NCBI GenBank assembly: GCA_030390025.1
Contig: JASTWF010000362.1
Coordinates: 1 to 64,000 of the forward strand
Direction of reading: 5' to 3'
Length of the DNA: 64,000 bases
From: Squalus acanthias
Taxonomy: Eukaryota
In this document: piece after piece, positions 25,801 to 39,279 of the stretch
How positions within the stretch are numbered: the stretch's first letter is position 1
Layout of the letters: each line of letters begins with the position of its first letter
Position numbers and translations under genes: made by a program
The notes under the pieces: generated by a model
Databases searched by the model: none
Seen by the model: the letters and a program-made list of their open reading frames with translations, nothing else
Told to the model about the DNA's origin: nothing

Positions 25801-27402
25801 TCAGGTCTGCGGCGTGGGAGCCCACTAAGTCAGGACAAGGCGAATTGCTGTCGGTACAAGCGTGGGGACCTGCAGCTTGTGGAGCTCCGCCTAGTGGTAG
25901 GACTGTGTGGCTGCAGGCGTGACCGCGTCACAGAATAGCGATGCCCAGATAAGGGGCGTGAGACATAAATAGCCAGTTTAAAATACTATAGATTGCTGGA
26001 AGTTTATTTAAAGTGGTAGTTGCTCTGCTCGCCGGTGTTTTCTTAACAAACTCTCCTGGTTATCTCAGTCATAAAAAAAAACCAGCGGGAACTGGTGGTG
26101 TCTAATTTTTTTTTTAACTATTTGTTCAGTTGTGATTTGCTATTTTGTACAAAGAATCGTCGTCTTAAACCTTCTCTTTTTACATCAGTAGATTCTGCAC
26201 ATCTGAAAGTAGCCATGTTGAATCTTCCATCTTCCGGTAATTGGCAAAAGAACCAGAGGGGGAGATGAGGAGAATTGGGTTTCTTTTTATGCAGCGAGTT
26301 GTGATGGTCTGGAATGCAGGGCGGTGGAAGCAGATTCAATAGTAACTTTTTCCAAACGGGATAAATACTTGGAAGGGGGGGGAAAAAATTAGCAGGGCTA
26401 TGGGGAAAGAGCAGGGCGGGGGGAGTGGGATTAATTGGAGAACTCTCCCAAGGAGCAGGCACGTTGGGCCGCCTTCTGTGCTGTGTGGTTCCCTGTCTCT
26501 GTCGTACTGCCCTGTGCTATAATCTGCCCTCCCCTCCAGTACGCGAGCGAGTGTGTGGCGGGGGAAATGCTGTCTTGTCATTGGATCATGCAGCCATGAG
26601 TAGGCAGACTGTACACCAACTGGATTATGCTTAAAGGAAACTCCCAGTTGTAATTGTCTGTAAATGCTCAGCTCTGGACAGGTTGGGAGCCAGCAGGAAT
26701 CTGCACATTTCCAGCTTCCTTATTGCAGTGCCCTGTTACCCACCATAGTTAATGAGGGTGGGAAGATCAGTACTGCAACCTGCAAGAGAAAAGGGGTCAC
26801 GCCCCATTGCCAGTTTGGTGCAGAATATCAAGAGGAAGCTCGTGTTCCCAGGCGGTGGTGATCAGCTATTGGCTGGATGACACTTTGACCTCGAGCACAG
26901 GAGGAGGCCATTCGGCCCGTCGTGCCTTGGGCTGGCTCTTTTGCAAGAGCTGCAGACTACCTATCCGTTCAGGACCCGGAGAGCTTCGGTGAAAGATGCT
27001 CCCGTTATGAGCACCCGTACCTCAGCATGTCCTGCTCCGCTGGCCCTGGATGTCCAGTAAGTGACCATAATACTCGGCGTCCTCTGCTGACCCCGGAGGC
27101 TGAAGGTTTGACCTGGCCAAGGTCAGCCCAGCCTAGTTGCTCATTGACGTCTTTTTGGAAGGGGGCAACTCGCAGGAGGTTAAGGGTCTTTGTGTTGGTG
27201 AATTGTGGAAAGTGAATCGAGCTCTTTTCTCCCTCTCTTTTCCCACCCCACCAACCCAATCCCTTCACATCCTTGTCACTGACCTTAGTTTGTTAAAGGA
27301 ATCACTTGCAATGCTTAATCAAATTCTTTAGGAAGCCCGGTTATTTTGTTCTGTCTTTTCCCTGTCTATTTCTGATCTGGCCTCCTCTGAGCTGGAGAGA
27401 TT

Positions 27403-29460
27403 AAGAACATAAGAACATAAGAAATAGGAGCAGGAGTAGGCCAATCGGCCCCTCGAGCCTGCTCCGCCATTCAATAAGATCATGGCTGATCTGATCCTAA
27501 CCGCCAATCTACTATCTATCACAGAACCATCTCCTGCATCTAACAGAATTGCACACACGAAATAGGAGCAGAATCAGGCTACACAGTCCCTGGGCCCGCT
27601 CCACTACCCACAGGGCCATGACCGATCCGAACCTAGACTCATGTCCAAATTCCTGCCCGCTCCCCGTAACCCTTAATGCCCTTTACTTCTAGGAAACTGT
27701 CTATTTCTGTTTTAAATTTAATTAATGTTGTAGCTTCTACAGCTTTTTGTGGCAGCATATTCCATGGACCTACCACCCTCTGAGTGAAGTAGTTCCTCCT
27801 CATCTCAGTTTTGAAAGAGCAGCCCCTTATTCTAAGACTATGTCCCCTAGTTCTCGTCTCACCCGTCATCGGGAACATCCTCCCCGCATCCACCCGATCC
27901 AACCCCTTCACAATCTTATATGTTTCAATAAGATCGCCTCTCATTCTTCTGAACTCCAATGAGTAGAGTCCCAATCTACCCAACCTCTCCTCATATGACC
28001 ACCCCCTCATCCCCGGGATTAACCGAGTGAACCTTTTTTGCACTGCCTCGAGAGCAAGGATGTCTTTCCTTAAGTAAGGACACCAAAACTGTATGCAGTA
28101 TTCCAGGTGCGGTCTCACCAATACCTTGTACAACTGAAGCAATACCTCCCTATTTTTATATTCTATCCCCCTAGCAATGAAAGCCAACATTCCATTTGCC
28201 TTCTTAATCACTTGCTGCACCTGCATACTAACCTTTTGAGTTTCGTGCACCAGGACCCCCAGATCCCTTTGCACTTCAGTACTCTCCAGTTTCTTGCCAT
28301 TAAGATAATAAATTGCTCTAGGATTTTTCCTGCCAAAGTGCATCACCTCACACTTTCCAGTGTTGTATTCCATCTGCCAAATCTCTGCCCACTTACTTAG
28401 CCTGTCTATGTCCCCTTGCAGGTTTTTTATGTCCTCCTCACTCACTACTTTCCCTCCCATCTTAGTATCATCTGCAAATTTTGATATGTTACACTTGGTC
28501 CCTTCCTCCAAATCGTTAATATAGATTGTAAAGAGTTGGGGACCCAGCACTGACCCCTGTGGAACACCACTAGTTACTGATTGCCAGTCTGAGAATGAAC
28601 CATTTATCCCAACTCTTTGCTTTCTGTTAGATAGCCAATCCTCTATCCATGCCAGAATATTACCCCCAATCCCGTGATTTTTTACCTTAAGCAATAATCT
28701 TTTGTGTGGCACCTTGTCAAATGCCTTTTGGAAGTCTAAATACACTACGTCCACTGGTTCCCCTTTATCCACTCTATATGTTACTTCCTCAAAGAACTCC
28801 AGCAAATTTGTCAAACATGACTTCCCCTTCGTAAAACCATGCTGACTTTGTCCTATTAAATTATGATTATCCAAATGTCCTGTTACTGTTTCCTTAATAA
28901 TGGACTCCAAAATTTTACCTACCACAGATGTTAGGCTAACCGGTCTATAGTTACCAGCCTTCTGTCTACTGCCCTTTTTAAATAAGGGTGTTACATTAGC
29001 AGTTTTCCAGTCTGCCGGGACCTTAGCGGAATCCAGGGAGTTTTGAAAAATTATTACCAATGCATCTACAATCCCTACCGCCACTTCCTTCAAGACTCTA
29101 GGATGTAAGCCATCAGGTCCAGGTGATTTATCCGCCTTGAGTCCCATTATTTTACCGAGTACCACTTCCTTAGTGATTTTGATCGTGTTTAGCTCCTCTC
29201 CCCCTATAGCCCCCTGTTTGTCCAGTGTTGGGATATTCTTAGTGTCTTCTACTGTAAAGACTGATACAAAATATTCATTCAGTGTTTTTGCCATCTCCAT
29301 ATTTCCCACCATTAATTTCCCGGTCTCATCCTCTAAGGGACCAACATTTACTTTAGCCACCCTTTTTCTTTTTATATAACTATAAAAACTCTTACTATCT
29401 GTTTTTATATTTTTTGCTAATTTACTTTCATAATCTATCTTCCCTTTCTTAATCAATCAA
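27403..29460 (-). mobile_element. Young 5'-truncated CR1 LINE with an uninterrupted 605-aa ORF2 segment (27639-29456) covering the whole RT domain; (TTCTTATG)n-type tail
   Basis: KSPGPDG, NYRPVSLTS, QHGF, VYLDFQKAFDKVPH, GVPQGSVLGP and FADD motifs with no stops. The endonuclease domain is absent. Confidence 0.96.
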
Positions 29461-29744
29461 TTGAGGTTGATCAGACCAGATCTACCCCTTGAAGACACAT
29501 TGGTTGTCATTTATTAGATTATTTTCATGCAGGTAATCTTCCATTCTAACTTCGATTACTTTTCCAACTGTTGAGGTCAGGATATTGGGTCTGTCATGGT
29601 CAAGTATCATTCTGTTGTCCTTCTTGAATACGGGAACTTTTATTTGCCTATTTTTGCCCCCGCAGCATTTGCCTCCCTCAAATGACTTGTCAGTACCTCA
29701 CAATCTCCTCCCTTGTCTTACTAAGTGCCCCTGGGATAAAGTTA

Positions 29745-30220
29745 CATAGAATTTACAGCACAGAAACAGGCCATTCGGCCCCACTGGTCCGTGCCGGTGT
29801 TTATGCTTCACACGAGCCTCCTCCCACCCCTCTTCATCTCACCCCATCAACATATCCTTCTATTCCCTTCTCCCTCATGTGTTTATCTAGCTTCCCCTTA
29901 AATGTATCTATACTATTCGCCTCAACCACTCCCTGTGGTAGCGAGTTCCACATTCTCACCACTCTCTGGGTAAAGAAGTTTCTCCTGAATTCCTTATTGG
30001 ATTTATTAGTGACTATCTTATATTTATGGCGCCTAGTTTTGGACTCCCCCACTAGTGGAAACATCTTTTCTACATCTAACCTATCCAAACCCTTCATTAT
30101 TTTAAAGACCTCTTGGGTCACCCCTCAGCCTTCTCTTTTTTTCTAGAGAAAAGAGCCCCAGCCTGTTGTCTTTCCTGATAGTTGGACCCCCCTCAGTCCT
30201 GGTATCATCCTTGTAAACCT
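29745..30220 (-). mobile_element. CR1 LINE 3' fragment
   Basis: ORF 29834..30121 EVFKIMKGLDRLD...WNSLPQGVVEA. Confidence 0.9.
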
Positions 30221-30422
30221 CATTCTGCCAATTATCATTCTAGTGCCCTTCCTGAGAACTTTATTTTGCCTATTTTCAGTCTGTCGGACCCCAGCAGCAT
30301 TCGTCTCCCTCAAATTTCCATCATTGTCTTTCTAAGCCCCCCCGGGATATAGTTCAGGTGTCCACTGGGATTTGTTGGTTCTCAGCCTACCTAGAACTTC
30401 ACTAATGCCAGAGCATATATCA

Positions 30423-30851
30423 GGGCAACACCGTGGCATAGTGGTTAGCACTGGTGCCTCACAGCGCCAGGGACCCGGGTTCGAATCTGACCTCGGGTGA
30501 CTGTCTGTGTGGAGTTTGCACATTCTCCCCGTGTCTGCGTGGGTTTCCTCCGGGTGCTCCGGTTTCCTCCCACAGTCCAAAAATGTGCGGGTTAGGTTGA
30601 TTTGGCTATGATAAATTGACCCTTGGTGTTAGGGGGGGATTAAATATGTGGGGTTATGGGGATAGGATGGGATATGTTAGGGGGAATTAAATACGTGGGG
30701 TTACGGGGGTAGGGTGGGATATGTGTACTGTGGGGATTAAAGCAGGGACAGGGTATTGGATTTGGATGATCAGCCATGATCGTATTGAATGGTGGAGCAG
30801 GCTCAAGGGGCCGAATGGCCTACTCCTGCTCCTAGATTCTATGTTTCTATG
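30423..30851 (+). mobile_element. tRNA-derived V-SINE (HE1-like) with CR1-derived tail
   Basis: A box tggcatagtgg, B box ggttcgaatc, V-domain-like gtgtggagtttgcac.ttctccccgtgtctgcgtgggtttcctccgggtgctccggtttcctcccac, and CR1 tail gatcagccatgat...ctatgtttctatg. Confidence 0.88.
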
Positions 30852-31534
30852 TGCATTTTGATGTTGGATGGATGGTTTGTTTTTAGTATCCTTCCTAGTA
30901 AATGGAAGCCTCCAAGAATTAGTTAATTGGCAAGTCAAGTATCTCCTGTTCACCCTTGATCACAACTCCTCCTGATCCTTTTGGGTTTTAACCTTCTCCC
31001 TGCCTCATCTTTTGTTACAGTATTCAAAGAATGTCTTTAGTTGTCTTGTACCTTCTGATTATGTCCATTTCTAGTTCTCTTTTTTTTGAGTTTAAGTGTA
31101 GTGTTGTTCGCAGCATCACCCTTTACCCTACCATCTTCATTTCAATTTTCCTGTTTATTCATTTGAAAGACCTTTTGTTTACTTTGGCTCTGCTACACCT
31201 GGGTATGTACCCTCCGACAACCGCCCCCCCCCCTCCCCTCCCCGGAGATCTCTGTACCCTCCTCCAGCCCGCCAGCCCCCCGAGATCTCTGCACGCCTCC
31301 AGTTCTGGCTTCTTGCGCACCCCTGATTTCCATCGTCCCACCATTGGTGATCTTCAGCTGCCTAGGCCCTAAGCTCTGGAATTCGCTCCCTAAACCTCTC
31401 TACCTCTCTCTCCTCCTTTTAAGACGCTCCTTAAAACCTACCTCTTTGACCAAGGTTTTGGTCACCTGTCCCTAATATCGCCTTGTGTGGCTCGGTGTAA
31501 ATATTTGACTGATAACTTTCAGTGAACACAGGAG

Positions 31535-32030
31535 TATTAACATGCAGGTACAGCAAGCAATTAGGAAAGCAAATGGTATGTTGGCCTTTATTACAAGCGG
31601 ATTTGAGTATAAGAGTAAAGACGTCTTACTGCAATTATATAGGGCCCTGGTGAGACCACACCTGGAGTATTGTGTACAGTTTTGGTCTCTTTACCTAAGG
31701 AAGGATATACTTGCCATAGAGGGAGTGCAACGAAGGTTCACCAGACTGATTCCTGGGATGGGGAGATTGTCCTATGAGGACAGATTGAGTAGACTAGGCC
31801 TATATGCTGTGGAGTTTAGAAGAATGAGAGGTGATCTCATTGAAACATACAAAATTCTTACAGGGCTTGACAGGGTAGATGCTGGGAGGATGTTTACCCT
31901 GGCTGGGGAGTCTAGAACCAGGGGTCACAGTCTCAGAATAAGGGGTCGGCCATTTAAGACTGAGATGAGGAGAAATTTCTTCTCTGAGGGTGGTGAATCT
32001 TTGGAATTCTCTACTCCTGCTCCTATTTCT
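31535..32030 (+). mobile_element. CR1 LINE fragment, same subfamily as 45475-46550
   Basis: ORF 31542..32078 MQVQQAIRKANGMLAFI... Confidence 0.9.
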
Positions 32031-33196
32031 TATGTGAAGCGCCTTGGGATGTTTTACTATGTTAAAGGCGCTGTATAAATGCAAGTTGTTGCATGTGTTT
32101 GTCCCACATAATGTTTTCAAAAGGATGTCCATTTACCCATGTGTACTGCTCCTCTCTCTCTCTCTCTCCCGAGGGGAAGTCCCTGCCATTTGGGATTGGG
32201 GGGGCAGAAAGAGTTGTTCGTCGTTTATCTCCTTTTCATAATGACCCTCTGATGCGCATTGCAAAATGTTCCACAGACACATTTTTAGATTCCTCAAACA
32301 CTTTTTGTTTTCTACGACGAGGATGTCCCTTTAAACTGATGCTGCTTTACTGATGAAAGAAATTGCAGCCATTGAAAGCCTTTCAGGATGTCCCAAAGCT
32401 CTTCACAGCCAACGAAGCACCTTTGAAGTGTTGGTCGCTGTTGCAATGTAGGGAAGCGCGGCAGCCAATTTGCGTCAAATGACTCTCGTCGAAGGATTAA
32501 TCCTCTTGAAATAGCCCGGTCTCCTGGTGGGAGCCGTGTGACCCACAAGCCTCGTGACTCTACAGTGACTGGTCAAAGTCCAGGTCGAGACTGACGCTGT
32601 CCTTTTATTTCCTTGCTATATGTACGTGGTAAATTATTCTGCTGGTGGATGTCTGCAGACAGTGAAAGTTGGACAGGTCTGCCCTGCCCACGGGGTTTTC
32701 ACAGTGAACACAATGGAATAGAAACCGTTTCGGGGTATATTCTCCCAGGCCAACCTTTTTAGCAATATAATATTTTTTGAGTTTTGTTCTGTGCCGTTTT
32801 GAAATCCTCACCTGGTGAATTTTAATTTGTGTAACTTGTGTTTCAACCAAGCCAAAAAACCCACAAGAATAATTGTATAGGGTTCCAATTGGTTACTAAG
32901 TCATTTTATGGCGTAAAAGGGAATTGGAAATACATACTGTACTTGAAAAGGAAATATTTGCAGGGCGATGTGGAGCGAGCGGGTGGAGGGGTGCAACTAA
33001 CTACAGAGCGCTTTCCATGGGCCAGCACAGGTACAATGGACCGAAGGGCCTCCTCCTGAGCCGAGTGATTCAAAAATATATATACAGAGAGTTTACAGAA
33101 TGTTTTTGTTGTTACAATTTTGGGTGGTCTGTAGCTGCTACCCGTGTGAGGGGGGCAGGGAGAAACAACCCGCATTGGGGGGGAGGGGCCTGTGCT

Positions 33197-33770
33197 GGGA
33201 GGGGGGGCGGGGGGCAGGTGGTGCCGGGGAGGGGAGCGGGTGTGCCTGTGCTGGGAGGGGGAGGGGGGCGGGGGGTAGGTGGTGCCGGGGAGGGGGGCGG
33301 GGGGCAGGTGGTGCCGGGGAGGGGGGCGGAGGGGCAGGTGGTGCCGGGGAGGGGGGCGGGGGGCAGGTGGTGCCGGGGAGGGGGGCGGGGGGGTAGGTGG
33401 TGCCGGGGAGGGGGGCGGGGGGTAGGTGGTGCCGGGGGAGGGGGGCGGGGGGGGGTAGGTGGTGCCGGGGAGGGGGGCGGGGGGGGTAGGTGGTGCCGGG
33501 GAGGGGGGCGGGGGGGGTAGGTGGTGCCGGGGAGGGGGGCGGGGGGGTAGGTGGGGGCGGGGGGGTAGGTGGTGCCGGGGAGGGGGGCGGGGGGGTAGGT
33601 GGTGCCGGGGAGGGGGGCGGGGGGGGCAGGTGGTGCCGGGGAGGGGGGGCGGGGGGGCAGGTGGTGCCGGGGAGGGGGGGCGGGGGGGCAGGTGGTGCCG
33701 GGGAGGGGGGGCGGTGGGGCAGGTGGTGCCGGGGAGGGGGGGCGGTGGGGCAGGTGGTGCCGGGGAGGGG
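33197..33770. repeat. Very G-rich minisatellite, ~29-31-bp unit (gggg[c/t]aggtggtgccggggaggggggc), ~19 copies
   Basis: Seen directly. It is the source of the Gly- and Pro-rich ORFs. Confidence 0.95.
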
Positions 33771-34339
33771 CTGCAGGCGCTGAGACGATTGTTGGGACCC
33801 TGCGGTTTCTCCGCTCACCGCCTTGAACGCTGATTGCGAGTCCGGGGGTGAAGTGAGAGGGACGGCGTGCGCACAGGAACAAAAGGGGAAAGAAATTTGA
33901 GTAGAAGTGAGAAATGCATCAGGGTGGGTGCGGGGAAATTATTTTGGATTACCTTCAACAGGCCGGCGAGGGTACAGCTGCAGAGTTTGAGAAGCGGTGA
34001 GGATTGTGCACGATGTGGCGGAGGAGTGAAGCCGTGTACTTTTCACGAAGGCAGGGGGCAGGTTATCAACAGCGGAGTCTCCCTGTGCTGCCCTCCCACA
34101 CCCTGAGGAAGCTGTGCTACACCTGGGAGCAGGTTTTCCTGTCTGTCCTCCCAGCAGGTCATGGCGCTTATCTCAGTAAAGACACAGAAGGGGGTTAAAA
34201 CCTCGGAATATTTTTGTGAGGATAATATTGGGAAGATCGTCCTAGCACTCCGATTTTGTTACCAGGACAACCATGGCTGATTGTGGGATATTGCACATGA
34301 GCGATGAGCAATGAGAATTTGTAGATCAAATGGGTAAGA

Positions 34340-35730
34340 TAGAACATAAGAAATAGGAGCAGGAGTCGGCCATTTGGCCCATCGAGTCTGCTCCGCCATT
34401 CAATAAGATCACGGGCTGATCTTCGACCTCAACTCCACTTTCCCGCCCGATCCCCATATAAGTCCAAAAATCTATCGATCTCAGCCTTGAATATACTCAA
34501 CGACTCAGCATCCACAGCCCTTTGGGGCTGAGAATTCCAAAGATTCACAACCCTCTGAGTGAAGAAATTCCTCCTCATCTCAGTCTTAAATGGCCGACCC
34601 CTTATCCTGAGACTATGACCCCTAGTTCTAGACTCTCCAACCAGGGGAAACAACCTCTCGGCATCTACCCTGTCAATCCCCCTCAGAATCTTATATGTTT
34701 CAATGAGATCACCTCTCATTCTTCTAAACTGCAGAGAGTATAGGCCCAATCTACTCAATCTCTCCTCATAGGACAACCCTCTCATCTCAGGAATCAATTT
34801 AGTGAACCTTCATTAAACCCTCTCTAAGGCAAGTATGTCCTTCCTCAGATAAGGAAACCAAACCTGTGCACAGTACTCCAGGTGAAGATAGGCTTAATGT
34901 TGCACTTATCTCAAAGCAATCTGCAGCAGAAAGATTAAAATTCTGGTCCAAATCTATTAATCATTTAACACTATACAGACAATTATAGTTCAAAATTTGA
35001 AAAATGGATTGAACTAAGTCACTGCTAAGGTTAATACAATACTTTATATTACACAAGATATACGGCACAGAAACAGGCCATTCGGCCCAACCAGTCATTG
35101 CCGGCGTTTATGCTCCACTCGAGCCTCCTCCCGTCTTTCCTCATCTAAATCTATCAGCATAACCCTCTATTCCCTTCTCCCTCATATGCTTGTCCAGCTT
35201 TCCCTTAAATGCATCTATACTATTCGGTTCAACCACTCCCTGTGGTAGCGAGTTCCACATTCTCACCACTCTTTGGGTAAAGAAGTTTCTTCTGAATTTC
35301 CTATTGGATTTCTTGGTGACTATCTTATATTGATGGCCTCTAGTTATACTCTTCCCCACAAGTGGAAACACTCTCTCTGTATCCACTCTATCAAAATTTT
35401 TCATTATTTTAAAGATCTCTATTAGGTCACCCCTCAGCCTTTTTTCAAGAGATATTAGATCCAGCCTGTTCATCCTTTCCTGATATATGTATACCCTCGC
35501 ATTTCTGGTATCATCCTTGTAAATCTTCTCTGCACCCTCTCCAGTGTCTCTATATCCTTTTTATAATATGGCGACTGGAACTGTACGCAGTACTCCAAGT
35601 GTGGTCTAACCAAGGTTCGCTACAGGTTTAGCATAACTTCCCTACTTTTCAATTCTATCCCTCTAGAAATAAACCCTAGTGCTTGGTTTGCTTTTTTTTA
35701 TGGCCTTGCTAACCTGTGTCGCAACTTTTA
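34340..35730 (-). mobile_element. Two CR1 LINE 3' fragments (~34340-34885 and ~35050-35730)
   Basis: ORFs 34429..34797 and 35141..35473 carry CR1 C-terminal motifs. Confidence 0.88.
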
Positions 35731-37349
35731 GTTATATACAACGGTATATATATATAAAAATACAGTATTTATAAATTACTACTTTTTAATTATAGATGAA
35801 CACCAAGTGCCTGCTCTTGTGTGCCTGCAGGGCAAGGCTGTGTTATTTAGTTCACTCCGAATAGAAATTTGGAGATTACTTCAGATAATCTATGTGTACA
35901 ATCTCTAGCTGACATCAGAGTGTCCCTCATTCATGCTTTTGTCACCTCCAGACTCGACTGTTCCAGTGCTCTCCTGGCCGGCCTCCCATCTTCCACCCTC
36001 CCTTAACTTCAGCACAACCAGAACTCTGCTGCCCGTCTCCTGACTCGTACCAAGTTCCGTTCACTCATCACTCCCTGTGCTCGCAGACCTACACTGGCTC
36101 CTGGTCCACCAAGGCCTCAGATTTAAAATTCTCATCGTCGTGTTCAAATTGCTCCATGGCCTCGCCCCCTCCCTATCTCTGTAAGGCGAGCAAGTGCTCA
36201 CACGCGGTCTGGTTTCCAAAGATTCTCTGCGCCTTGATCACAAAGAATTTAATTAGTGCCCCCCCCTGACCAAATCTGCCATTTCTAGACTCTCCATCGT
36301 CCTGGTCCAGTCCCATAGACCATAGGAACAGGAGGAGGCCATCCAGCCCCTCGAGCCTGTTCCGCCATTCAATCAGATCATGGCTGATCCGCACCTGAAC
36401 TCCGTTTACCGCCTTTGCTTCATATCCCTCGATAGCCCACAAAAAACTATTGATCTCAGTCTTGAACATTTTAATTAACCCCCAACATCCACAGCCTTTT
36501 GGGGGAGCGAGTTCCAGATTTGCCCTTTGTGTGAAAAGGTGCTTTGAATTTTCACTTCTGAACGGCCTGGCTCTAATTTTAAGGTTCTTCCCCCTTGTTC
36601 TTGATCTCCACCCCACCCCCCCCCCCACCCCCCCAACCAGAGGAAATAGTTTCTCTGTATCTACCCTACCGAATCCTTTTATCATTTTATACACCTCAAT
36701 CAGATCTTCCCTCAACTTTCTAAACTCAAGGGACTGCAAGCCAAGCTTGTGCAAACTGTCCTCATAATTTAACCCTTTAACCCCTGGTATAATTCAGGCA
36801 AATCCAATAGCGGGAGGTAAGAAAAAAAAAAAGCTTGCATTTCTATCGCGCTTTTCACGACCTCAGGACTTCCCAAAGCGCTTTACAGCTAATGAAGTGC
36901 TTCCCACAGCCTCGCATCCCTTGAGTATAAAGGTTTCTCCTCATCTCTGTCCTAAATCTCTTAGATTTAATCTTATATCGCTGTCTCCTCGTTCTAGGCC
37001 TCCTCAACCACTGGAGCCAGTCTGTTTCTGTCTGCCCCATCACATCCCGTCATAAAATTAAATACCTCTATCAAAACAACCCCAGTTTTTCCAAATCATT
37101 CTTCCTATTTGTATTTCCTCAGACCAGGCACGGTCTGGGTGAATCTGCGCTGTGCCCTCTGCGTTGCCCTCAGCATCCTGCTGATGGTTTAGAGCCCCAA
37201 ATTCTAATTGGCTACAGCGTCCTTGGCCTATTGAGGAGAACGTCACCTGGGGTTCCCTCTACTGATCCTCGAATCCATCTGCACAGACGCGTTCGGTAGG
37301 GGTTACTGCACAAGAAAGAGAAAACCAGCACTGTTCTCCTTAAAGCAAA

Positions 37350-38180
37350 GATTGCTAGAGGTGTTCAAAATCATGACGGGAGTAAATAAGGAGAAACTGT
37401 TTCCAGTGGCAGGAGGGTTGGTAACCAGAGGACACAGATTTAAAGTAATTGGCAAAAGAACCAGAGGGGAGATAGAATCATAGAAATTTACAGCACGGAA
37501 GGAGGCCATTTCGGCCCATCGTGTCCGCGCCAGCTACGAGATGAGATTTTTATTTTGCACTGCGAGTTGTTGTGATCTGGAATGAGCTGCCTGAAAGGGC
37601 GGTGGAAGCAGATTCAAAAAAAAAAAGAAAGACTTTCACGACCACCGGACGTCCCAAAGCGCTTTACAGCCAATGAAGTACTTTGTAGTCAGTGTTGTAA
37701 TGTAGGAAACGCGGCAGCCTCTTTGCGCACAGCAAGCTCCCACAAACAGCAATGTGATAAATGACCAGATAATCCCCTGCTCTTCTTCGAAATAGTGGCC
37801 GTGGGATCTTTTACATCCACCTGAGAGAGCAGAGGGGACCTCGGTTTAACATCTCATCCGAAAGACGGCACCTCTGACAGTGCCGCACTCCCTCAGCACT
37901 GCACTGGGAGTGTCAGCCTAGATTTTTGCGCTCCAGTCTCTGGAGTGGGACTTGAACCCACGACCTTCTGACTCAGAGGTGAGGGTGCTGCCCACTGAGC
38001 CACGGCTGACACAATAGTAACTTTCAGAAGGGAATTGGATAAATACTTGATGGGGGGGGGGGTATAAAATTGCAGGGCTATGGGGAAAGGTCAGGAGAGT
38101 GGGACTAATTGGAGAGCTCGTTGAAAGAGCCGCCTCAAGCATGATGGGCCGAACAGCCTCCTTCTGGGCTGTGAGATTCT
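37350..38180. mobile_element. CR1 tail (+) interrupted by a DeuSINE (-, ~37620-38012)
   Basis: The CR1 motif gcagattcaa|tagtaactttc is split by the SINE. Confidence 0.8.
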
Positions 38181-38363
38181 ATAATTGCGGGTTCTCTTGT
38201 GTAGAAGGGATGTGCTTAACTCCTCTAGTTGAGGAGCGTCATCATAACTGGGGGCGGTGCTGACCAGTTTTATTTAATGCATGGCGGGAGGCGGGGGAAA
38301 CGCTCTCCGAACGTGAAGCAGGTTAACGAGCCGGGACTAATCCTGTTATATTCTCCCTTCCAG

Positions 38364-38492
38364 GTGCTCGAATTGAAGAATTTCTTTATGAAAAGCTCGA
38401 CCGCAAGATTCCCTCCCGGATCACCAATGGCGAGCTGTTGGGCCAGTACATGATCGATGCAGCCAGTGAATTTGGACCTGGGACTCCTTATG
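38364..38492 (+). CDS. SH3GLB2: Endophilin B2 coding exon (probable exon 3, 129 nt): (S)ARIEEFLYEKLDRKIPSRITNGELLGQYMIDAASEFGPGTPY(G)
   Basis: Acceptor ttctcccttccag|GT, donor TATG|gtgagc. In frame with both flanking exons (phase 1/1). Endophilin B BAR sequence. Confidence 0.96.
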
Positions 38493-38539
38493 GTGAGCTC
38501 TCAAAGGCAATTAGAACAGCTTAATGTTTTTGAAAGTAG

Positions 38540-39205
38540 AAAGAAAGAACTTGCATTTCTCCAGCGCCTTTCACAACCGCAGGACGTCCCAAAGCTCTTT
38601 ACAGCCAATGAAGTACTTTTTGAAATGTAGTCACTGTTGTAATGTAGGAAATGCGGCAGCCATTTTGGGCACAGCAAGCTCCCACAAACAGCAATGTGAT
38701 AATGAGCCGATAATCTGTTTTCGTGATGTTGGTTGAGGGATAAATATTGGCTGGGAATTCGGGGAGTACTCCCCTGCTCTTCTTCGATATAGTGCCCTGG
38801 GATCTCTTACTCTCCACATGGGAGAGCAGATGGGGCCTCGGTTTAACGTCTCATCTGAAAGACGGTACCTCCGACCGTGCGGCACTCCCTCAGCTCTGCA
38901 CTGGGAGAGTCAGCCTAGATTTTGTACTCAAGTCTCTGGAGAAAAGAAAGACTTGCATTTCTATAGCGCCTTTCACGACCACCGGACGTCCCAAAGCGCT
39001 TTACAGCCAATGAAGTACTTTTTTTGAAATGTACTCTCTGTTGTAATGTAGGAAACGTGGCAGCTAATTTGAGCACAGCAAGATCCCGCAAACAGCAATG
39101 TGATGATGGCCAGATAATCTGTTCTAGTGATGTTGAGTGGGACTTGAACACATGACCTTCTGATTCAGAGGCGAGAGTGCTACCCACTGAGCCACAGCTG
39201 ACACC
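38540..39205 (-). mobile_element. Two nested or tandem DeuSINE copies directly downstream of exon 3
   Basis: Two SINE tails (aaagaacttgcatttc at ~38545 and aaagacttgcatttc at ~38947) and a head at ~39135-39205. Confidence 0.8.
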
Positions 39206-39279
39206 ACCAGCTGAAACTAGGTTCGAAACGATCCTGTGCTCCCCTTTTTGAAATAGGTACAGCATCTGGTGTGTGTATT

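Noticed and set aside
29515..29540. Possible recursive splice site ttttcatgcag|gtaatc in intron 2
   Set aside because: Short pyrimidine tract, a competing upstream AG, and only a moderate intron length. Such motifs are expected by chance.
32924..33882. Gly-rich and Pro-rich (extensin- or formin-like) ORFs
   Set aside because: Translations of the G-rich minisatellite.
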